Source: an uncultured Chloroflexia bacterium
GTDB lineage: Bacteria; Chloroflexota; Limnocylindria; Limnocylindrales; CSP1-4
Assembly (NCBI GenBank): GCA_963813705.1
Contig: CAWFAH010000009.1
Coordinates: 9,085 to 73,084 of the forward strand
Direction: 5' to 3'
DNA: 64,000 nt
Under the pieces are notes generated by a model. That model was not told where the DNA came from. It made no database searches and saw only the letters and a program-made list of their open reading frames with translations. Every line of letters begins with the position of its first letter. Position 1 is the stretch's first letter. The translations under genes and the position numbers were made by a program. This document shows, piece by piece, positions 57,686-64,000 of the stretch.

Positions 57686-58513
57686 ATGCAGGCAATGCCG
57701 ATCCCCGCGACTCATGACCAGATGATCGACGGAACGCGAACCTTGCCAGGCCAGGTTCGCTCAGCCGAAGAAGAGCGCCTCGCCTCACCCAAGCGCCTGG
57801 CGAGGATCGCCGGGCTCCTGTACGTCATCAACGCCATCGTTGCCGGTTTCGCCTACGGGTTCGTGGCCACGAAGATGTACGCGGCGGGCGACGCGGCGAC
57901 GACGGCCGCCAACGTCATGGCGAACCCCGGCCTCGTGCGCCTCGGGGTCGTCGCCGACCTGTTCCAGGCGACCGAGTGGATCTTCCTCGCCATGGCCCTC
58001 TATCTGCTGCTGCGGCACGTCAACACGAATGCGGCCCGCGTGATGGTCGTCCTCGTCGCCGTCGGCGCTGCCATCACCTGTCTCAACGACGTCTTCCAGT
58101 TCGTGGCCGTGCGGGTGGCGACTGATGGGTCGTATGCCGCCGCCCTGGGCCTCGCTGGATCGAATGCCCTCGTGCTGCTCCTGTTCGACCTCCAGCACTA
58201 CGGGTTCCTCATCGCCCAGATCTTCTTCGGCCTGTGGCTCCTGCCGCTGGGGTACCTCGCATACCGGTCGGGGATGTTCCCCAAGGCGTTGGGCGGCGCG
58301 CTCATCGTGGCCGGCGTCTGCTACCTGGTGGACATGCTCGCGCTGTTCCTAGTCCCCGACTTCGGCAAGCAGATCAACGCGATCCTCGTCATCCCACCCA
58401 CCGTCGCAGAGGTCTGGATGGCCTTGTACCTGCTCGTGAAGGGGGTGCGGTCGTCACATCCCGCCGACCGGGCGGCCATCCTGGCCACACTGCCGGTCAC
58501 CGTCACCCCGTAA
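57686..58513 (+). CDS. DUF4386-like membrane protein (paralog 2)
   Basis: RLARIAGLLYVINAIVAGFAY...LPLGYLAYRSGMFPK...WMALYLLVKGV. GAAGGAGG RBS. Confidence 0.65.
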   Translation: MQAMPIPATHDQMIDGTRTLPGQVRSAEEERLASPKRLARIAGLLYVINAIVAGFAYGFVATKMYAAGDAATTAANVMANPGLVRLGVVADLFQATEWIFLAMALYLLLRHVNTNAARVMVVLVAVGAAITCLNDVFQFVAVRVATDGSYAAALGLAGSNALVLLLFDLQHYGFLIAQIFFGLWLLPLGYLAYRSGMFPKALGGALIVAGVCYLVDMLALFLVPDFGKQINAILVIPPTVAEVWMALYLLVKGVRSSHPADRAAILATLPVTVTP

Positions 58514-58690
58514 TGGGCTGACCCTGCCGGGTCGAGGGATCGGACGCGCGTACTCCGCTGCCGTCCCGGTCCCTCGTTCCGGCACGGGTCGTGCCACGAC
58601 TTCACGTGTCAACCGCCCTATGCTCAGGTGTGGGTCAGGAACGGCAGGCAAGGCGGGCGGCCCGCCTGTACCTGGCCCCCTTTCTCGCAC

Positions 58691-59443
58691 TCAGACAGTG
58701 CTGCCGATGTGGCGACGGCGGAGGAGCATCGCGGTCAGCATGGCTCCCCCGACGATAAGGGCGAGGTAGTCGACCGAGATCGCGAAGACCTCGTAGCGAA
58801 CATCCAGGTCATCCCCGAAGGCCAGCCCAAGGACGACGAGGCCACCCACCGCCAGGGCGCCGGCCACGAAGAAGGTCCTGCGAATCACGCGCGCGAGGCG
58901 GTGCTCGCCTTCGATGGCCCCGGCGACTCCGAGGAAGGCCAGACCCATCAGGAAGTAACCCGCGTTCTCCAGCGCGATGAAGAGACCATGCGGGTTGTAC
59001 ATCGAGAACGCTGCCACGAGCGAGCCCTCGCCTTTCGCGATGCTCGGCTTGACGGCCATCAGAAGCATGGCGTAGTCCCCGACCAACAGGCCGGCCGACA
59101 GCAGGGCGAAGGCCAGCGCCATGAGCGCGGCGATGCGGCGGGACTTCGGGGCGAGCTCGTAGAGACCGACAGTCAGCGCGACGAACCCGAGGGTCATGAC
59201 CAGCGCCGGGTAGATCCAGACCGACTCGGCGACGATGATCCCCGCGACGTCCGTGTAAGGAGGCGGGACGCAATCCGACACGCACAGGATCCCGCCGTGC
59301 GCGGGTGTCAATACGCCGATGCCGAGCGCAAGCGCAGCTGTGAAGGCGGTGATTGTCGCGGCCCAGGTGACCAGCCGGCGTGCTCGTGCCGTCGCGAGCG
59401 TCACCGTTGCCAGCGCATCCTCGGCGCCACGCTTCTCCATCAT
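58691..59443 (-). CDS. Hypothetical polytopic membrane protein
   Basis: 6-7 TM helices. The start is taken at the MMEKRG methionines. Confidence 0.5.
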   Translation of the reverse strand: MMEKRGAEDALATVTLATARARRLVTWAATITAFTAALALGIGVLTPAHGGILCVSDCVPPPYTDVAGIIVAESVWIYPALVMTLGFVALTVGLYELAPKSRRIAALMALAFALLSAGLLVGDYAMLLMAVKPSIAKGEGSLVAAFSMYNPHGLFIALENAGYFLMGLAFLGVAGAIEGEHRLARVIRRTFFVAGALAVGGLVVLGLAFGDDLDVRYEVFAISVDYLALIVGGAMLTAMLLRRRHIGSTV

Positions 59444-59456
59444 TCGGCGATCGTCG

Positions 59457-59837
59457 TCAACGTGGGGCGAGTCTGGAGCCGCGGACGGCCAGGTACCCAA
59501 GGGCGACGAGAAGCGGGAGCTGGATGACGCGCAGGGTGATGCCCCAGGTCTCGTACGGTGGCGTTCGGGTTTTCGAGACGTCCACATACGCCCAGTAGAC
59601 GAACACTTGGAAGATCAGGCCCGCGACCCATACCCAGCGCCGGTCGACTGCCAGGAGCAACGCCGCGCCGAGCAGGAATGCCCCACCGGCCAGCGCCCCG
59701 AAGACCCACAGGAAGGCCCGGTCGCTGTCTGTCCCGCCCACGTCCAGCACACCGAGGCCGATCAGGAAGTAGATGGCGGCCATGATCGCTGCCACGGCAG
59801 CCGCACCGTATCGGATCGTCTGGCGAGACATGCCCAC
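59457..59837 (-). CDS. Hypothetical membrane protein (4 TM)
   Basis: Hydrophobic 126-aa ORF, tandem with 58691-59443. Confidence 0.5.
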   Translation of the reverse strand: MGMSRQTIRYGAAAVAAIMAAIYFLIGLGVLDVGGTDSDRAFLWVFGALAGGAFLLGAALLLAVDRRWVWVAGLIFQVFVYWAYVDVSKTRTPPYETWGITLRVIQLPLLVALGYLAVRGSRLAPR

Positions 59838-60035
59838 GACGTCGGCCCTCCTTCGATTGGAAGTTGCCCCGTGCCTCGGGTCGGGAACCAGTGCCGAACC
59901 GACCGTTCCTGCCGGTACGCGTCGCTCCCATACAGCGGTGGGAGCGACGTTCCCGCCGCTCCCACCACGCGTGTGTCCTTACCACCCGGTCGTCCGGGAC
60001 GTGCTCCCTCGTGGACGACCGTGGTCGGAAGCGGG

Positions 60036-60611
60036 TCAGTGCGCCTCCACGGCCTTGGCGGGTTTGGGCAGCGCCGCGCCGAGCTCATGGAGCCGATAGG
60101 CGAGGCCGAGGCTCGAGACCCCGAACACGACCGACCAGATCCCGACGAGCCACACGAGCGAGACCAGCCCGGCGCCCGGGAAGACGACGAGCAGCGCGCC
60201 GAAGACGATCGACGCGACGCCGCCCAGTGCCATCCAGAATTCGCCATCGAGCTCGCGCCGGAGGGCGATGGCCGCGATGACCTGGAACGTGCCCATCACG
60301 ATCGCCCAGAAGGCAACGAGGTAGAGCAGCGACAGGGCGGTCAGGCCCGGCGCCGCGAACGTGAGGATGCCGACCGCGATGCCGAGGATGCCCATGATCG
60401 CCACGGCCCAGGCATGCCGCCGCGCGAGTGCATCGCCGCGAATGAGCGTGACGAGGAGCGCGACGCCGTCGACGAGGACGTAGGCGCCGAACAGGAGGAC
60501 GAGCACCGTGAGCGTCGTCTCCGGCCAGATGAATGCGAGGACGCCGAACATGAGGGCGGCGATGCCCCGGATCGCGAAGATCCACCAATCGCGGGTTACC
60601 AGACCAAGCAT
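60036..60611 (-). CDS. HdeD/DUF308 family membrane protein
   Basis: WWIFAIRGIAALMFGVLAFIWP repeated-helix pattern typical of HdeD. AAGGAGAGG RBS. Confidence 0.8.
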   Translation of the reverse strand: MLGLVTRDWWIFAIRGIAALMFGVLAFIWPETTLTVLVLLFGAYVLVDGVALLVTLIRGDALARRHAWAVAIMGILGIAVGILTFAAPGLTALSLLYLVAFWAIVMGTFQVIAAIALRRELDGEFWMALGGVASIVFGALLVVFPGAGLVSLVWLVGIWSVVFGVSSLGLAYRLHELGAALPKPAKAVEAH

Positions 60612-60631
60612 TGGAACCTCTCCTTTCGATG

Positions 60632-60645
60632 CAACCGATCGGTTG
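60632..60645. promoter_or_regulatory. Perfect 14-bp palindrome upstream of the HdeD-like gene
   Basis: CAACCGATCGGTTG, 21 nt upstream of the start codon. Confidence 0.3.
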
Positions 60646-60811
60646 TGGACGAAGAGTCCGATCCACGCGGATGAGGGGACGTCCCACGATCCGGCTCGAT
60701 TCGGCCGGGTCGCTCGGCCGCCGCCGACTCGCGCGGTCCGAGGCGCGACGAAAGAACGGGGCCACCGGATGCTCCATGCATCCCGGTGGCCCCGCGACGT
60801 TCCCGGACTGG

Positions 60812-61638
60812 TCAGGGCACGAGCGCCTCGCGCGTGGCCTCGACCGACTCCTTGGCGTGCCGACGGGCCTCGTCGAGCTTCGCCTTGCGCGCCTCGTGCG
60901 ACGCCTTCAGCTCGGCCATCCGGGCCTCGATCTGCTGGCGCTTGCTCTCGCGCGCCTTGGCCTGCTGCTCGCGCAGCGTGGCGAGCCGCGCCTCGAACTC
61001 GGCCTTCTCCTGGGCGAGCGTCTTGGCGATGCGATCGTCCAGGGCCTCCAGCTTGCGCCGCTGCGCCTCGATCGCCTTCTCCACGTTCGCCTTCGCCTCG
61101 CCCGAGGCCTCGCGAAGCTCGGCGCGGAGCTGCTCGAGCTCCGTCCGCGCGGCGTCGGTCTCGCGGATCAGCTCGTCGTCGATGACCTCGCCCGGGATGC
61201 GACGGAACGTCGTCCCGCCCAACGCCCCGAGGCGGGTGTCGGCCGGCGTCACCCACGTCTCATCGACGTCGGCGATGACAGCGGCCTTGCCCGGGGTCAG
61301 CGAGGCCGCCGACCTCGTCGACGAAGTCCATGCTCATGCCGGCATTGAACAGGTCGTACATCAGCCCGCCGAAGCCGCCGACATACGCGCCCACGGCGAC
61401 GCCCGCCGGGCCGCCGAGCAGCCCGACGAGGCCGCCCGTGACGATGCCCACGAGGGTGCCGATGGGTCCGCTGGTCCGCCGTCTGGCGGACCGCCACGGT
61501 CCCCGAGGCGTCCTTGGCGATCACGGTCGACGCGTACAGGGTGATGTCACCATCGTGATGCAGGTCCTTGAGGGCGGTCAGCCCCTCGAATGCGGTTCGC
61601 TCAGAGTCGAACACCGAAACCAGGATCTTGTTTCCCAC
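60812..61638 (-). pseudogene. DUF1269-like stress protein (small N-domain, Gly-zipper TM segment, coiled-coil tail) split over three frames
   Basis: GTG at 61638 with a GAAAGGAG RBS. The segments lie in three different frames: KILVSVFDSERTAFEGLTALKDLHHDGDITLYASTVIAKDASGTVAVRQTAD, then GIVTGGLVGLLGGPAGVAVGAYVGGFGGLMYD...FVDEVGG, then TPADTRLGALGGTTFRRIPGEV plus the coiled coil. Junctions lie near 61455-61475 and 61280-61300. Confidence 0.6.
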
Positions 61639-61832
61639 TTGTCGTGGCTCCTTTCTCCAGTCGCGACAGGTTCGCGACGATCGGGTGGAGCCTCCCGCCT
61701 GCCCGGATGAGCGGGCGTCGTCCGATCCGACCAATTCCTTGCGCGGTGTCGATCCGCGGGGCCCCACCGGGTCGACCATAGGGCGCCGATAGCACGCGCC
61801 TCCTCGGATCGACCGAATCGAATGACGACGGG

Positions 61833-62327
61833 TCATCTGGCACGGCCCGACGCTGACTCTCCAGGAGAGGCCCGGCGAGCTTGCCCCGCCGAATGACCAG
61901 GGCGATCGCGAGGTAGCCGACGAACGAGTCCATCGAGTGACCCGCTGGGGAAGCTGGTTTCCGGCCAGATCTCCGCCCAACCGAAGCCAGGCCTGGGCCG
62001 CTGGACGAGCGCCTTGAGCCAGTCATCGAGAACCAGCGAGCCGACGAGGGCGACAACGAGGAACGCGGCCTCCAAGCGTCGTCCCCGGGAGACCAGAACG
62101 ACGACGGCAAGCCCCACGAACACCGCGAGCACGGGGCTCGACCCCAGGAAGGTCGCGGCGATCATGAGTGCGTCGAGGGTGGGGTTCGCGCGCCCGTGCA
62201 GGAAGGCGGTCGCGGCCGAATCGATCGGCGGGATCTCGGGCTGGCTGACCAGCCACGCGACCCAAACGAACCCGACCAGGCAGACCAGGAACGCCAGCCC
62301 ACCCAAGATCGCCGTCCGTGCGGACAT
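61833..62327 (-). pseudogene. PAP2-family phosphatase-like membrane protein, apparently frameshifted or truncated
   Basis: KALVQRPRP (motif 1) and FPSG are present. The expected His (PSGHS) is read only after a frame change near 61930. I could not find motif 3 in any frame. Confidence 0.45.
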
Positions 62328-62357
62328 GTCCGCCCCCGAGGTCCCGCGCCGACCAGG

Positions 62358-62726
62358 CTACGCGACGGTGCGTCCGACCGCGACGACCACAGCGGCGACC
62401 AGGACCAGGATGTTGAACCACAGGTTGTCCCGTTCGCCTCGGCTCGCATGCGTCCAGATCGCGCCCACCTGGACTGCCGCCAGGCCCCAGGCGGCGAGTG
62501 GCGTCAGCAGGGCAAGGATCCCCGTCGCCCACGGCACGATGATGCCGATCGCGCCGGCGATCTCGAGGACGCCGAGGAGCCGGACGCGTGCCAGCGGCAC
62601 GTCCTCGACCCAGCCCATGCCGGGCATGGCGAGGAGCCTCTCGCGCGGGGCGAAGACCTTGTTGGAGCCCGAGACCGCGTAGATGGCGGCGAGCAGAAAG
62701 CTGAGTGTCCACAAGAACGCATTCAT
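62358..62726 (-). CDS. DoxX family membrane protein
   Basis: FLWTLSFLLAAIYAVSGSNKVF...LLGVLEIAGAIGIIVP. AAGGAG lies 6 nt before the ATG at 62726. Confidence 0.75.
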   Translation of the reverse strand: MNAFLWTLSFLLAAIYAVSGSNKVFAPRERLLAMPGMGWVEDVPLARVRLLGVLEIAGAIGIIVPWATGILALLTPLAAWGLAAVQVGAIWTHASRGERDNLWFNILVLVAAVVVAVGRTVA

Positions 62727-62825
62727 CGTCATCTCCTTCGTTGGATACCTGATGACGATGAGCCTCGGCCGACGGAGCATGAGCCGTCGTCGTCCGTTTC
62801 GACCGATCTCCGCTGGTCGGGTCGC

Positions 62826-64000
62826 TTAGCGACGCGTCCGCGCGGAGGGTCCGAGCAGGCCTCGCTCGCGCGCCCGGTCGACCGCTTCGGTCCGGCGGTG
62901 GGCCCCGAGCTTCTCGTAGATGTGGCGCATATGGGTCTTCACGGTGCTGGTCGAGAGGAAGATCTCGCTCGCGATCTCGGGTGCCGACAAATTGCTCGGC
63001 AGGTAGCGGAGCACGCGGATCTCGCTCTCGGTGAGATCTTCGGTCAGGTCCTCGAGATCGGGGCTCCTGGCCCGAAGCGGCGAGCCCGCCAGGACGTCCA
63101 GGATGTTCGCCAGCAGAGCGGCGTGCGCCGTGCGGTGCCGCGGGTGCCGTTCCAGGAGGTCGAGCGCCGGCACGATGAGGAACGGCAGGATAAGCGCGTC
63201 CGGCTCGGCAAGATCGAGCGCCCGCTCCACGTCGTCCTCCGCCGCCTTCGCATCGCCCAGCGAGTCGCGCGCGAGGGCGTCAAGGAGGAGCGCGTTGATG
63301 ACCGAGAAGTCTCGAACGATCGTCGCCGTGCCGGCCCGCACGGGCGCGAGCACGTCGATGGCGCCTCGAGCGTCCCGCTCGGCGAGCAGGATCGCGGCCA
63401 GGGCCGATCGCATCTCGGCGTGTTCGCGCTCTGCATCCGACGCCGTCGCCAGCGCCGTGCGAGCGGCTTGCAGGTCCCCGAGTCGCACGAGCGTCTGCAC
63501 CTGGAGCCCGAGAGCCTGGACGGCCAGTGGATCGGATGAGGCCATCAGCGATTGGAGCCGCTGCGCCTCGCGGAATGCGGCGACGGTCTCGGCGAGCCGT
63601 CCCTGGCCGAGACGCTGGATCCCTCGCGCGTAGCGGACCACCACTGCCTTGGCGGGCTCGGCGTTCGGTCGGAGCACTTGCTCGGCGCGATCCAGCCACG
63701 GTTGGGCCTCGTCGAAGCGGCCCTGCCAGACATCGACGGCGCCCAAGGTCGCGAGCACCATCGGAGCGATCGGCTCGGACATCCACCCGTACTTCTCCAT
63801 GATCTGGACCGTCTGGGTGGCGAGCTCTCGCATCTCGATGAGGGAACGCCGCCCGATCGCCACGGCGAGATGGCCGAGGCAGCCCATCTCCACGTACGGC
63901 CGCCCGTTCCGCCGGGCGAGCTCCAGGCCTGCCCTGAGGTGGCGCTCGGCATCGTCGCCGGCGCCGCTCCAGAGTTCGACGGTGCCGAGGGTCATGAGAG
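62826..64000 (-). CDS. MalT-like LuxR-family regulator, C-terminal part (N-terminus lies beyond the window)
   Basis: TPR-like helical repeats plus the LuxR HTH LTESEIRVLRYLPSNLSAPEIASEIFLSTSTVKTHMRHIYEKLG. The frame is open to the window edge. Confidence 0.8.
   Translation of the reverse strand, partial: LMTLGTVELWSGAGDDAERHLRAGLELARRNGRPYVEMGCLGHLAVAIGRRSLIEMRELATQTVQIMEKYGWMSEPIAPMVLATLGAVDVWQGRFDEAQPWLDRAEQVLRPNAEPAKAVVVRYARGIQRLGQGRLAETVAAFREAQRLQSLMASSDPLAVQALGLQVQTLVRLGDLQAARTALATASDAEREHAEMRSALAAILLAERDARGAIDVLAPVRAGTATIVRDFSVINALLLDALARDSLGDAKAAEDDVERALDLAEPDALILPFLIVPALDLLERHPRHRTAHAALLANILDVLAGSPLRARSPDLEDLTEDLTESEIRVLRYLPSNLSAPEIASEIFLSTSTVKTHMRHIYEKLGAHRRTEAVDRARERGLLGPSARTRR

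Overview
This is a 64-kb, very GC-rich chromosomal segment (roughly 70% by eye) that looks Actinomycetota-like. All family calls come from motif recognition by eye; no database search was run.

Gene content by region:
- 0.1-9.1 kb: an envelope-stress neighbourhood with a BNR-like lipoprotein, a TPM-domain protein, pspA, a PD40 beta-propeller protein and an ABC-2 transporter.
- 9.3-15.7 kb: a large LuxR/LAL regulator, then flavodoxin-like, pirin, zf-UBP and DyP peroxidase genes.
- 15.8-27.4 kb: a sulfatase locus with two Cys-type arylsulfatases, a radical-SAM sulfatase maturase, DUF2252, a SulP permease and a cation/proton antiporter.
- 28-35 kb: a META lipoprotein, an adenylate-cyclase/STAND/TPR protein, and an ECF sigma factor with a PD40 partner.
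- 37.6-41.4 kb: the dnaG-rpoD core pair.
- 41.7-43.8 kb: a short stretch punctuated by a repeated hairpin element.
- 44.87 kb: tRNA-Asn, directly followed by an AbiEi/AbiEii toxin-antitoxin module.
- About 46.5-62.8 kb: an accessory-looking run of small membrane proteins, each paired with a small regulator (GerE, XRE, ArsR or TetR type), plus hydrolase/detoxification genes.
- Window end: a truncated MalT-like LuxR gene.

About 20 apparent single-base frameshifts split otherwise recognisable genes. Roughly three quarters lie after 41.9 kb. I cannot tell real gene decay from assembly indels.

I did not find a clear new multi-gene system. The best candidates for follow-up are:
- the tRNA-adjacent AbiE locus, which has an ATG-TGA start anomaly and has antitoxin and toxin in one reading frame;
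- the GATGC...GCATC hairpin repeats that bracket single-gene units;
- the four stacked palindromes upstream of dnaG;
- the sulfatase super-locus with DUF2252 and an unannotated repeat micro-protein;
- the TPM-pspA pair.
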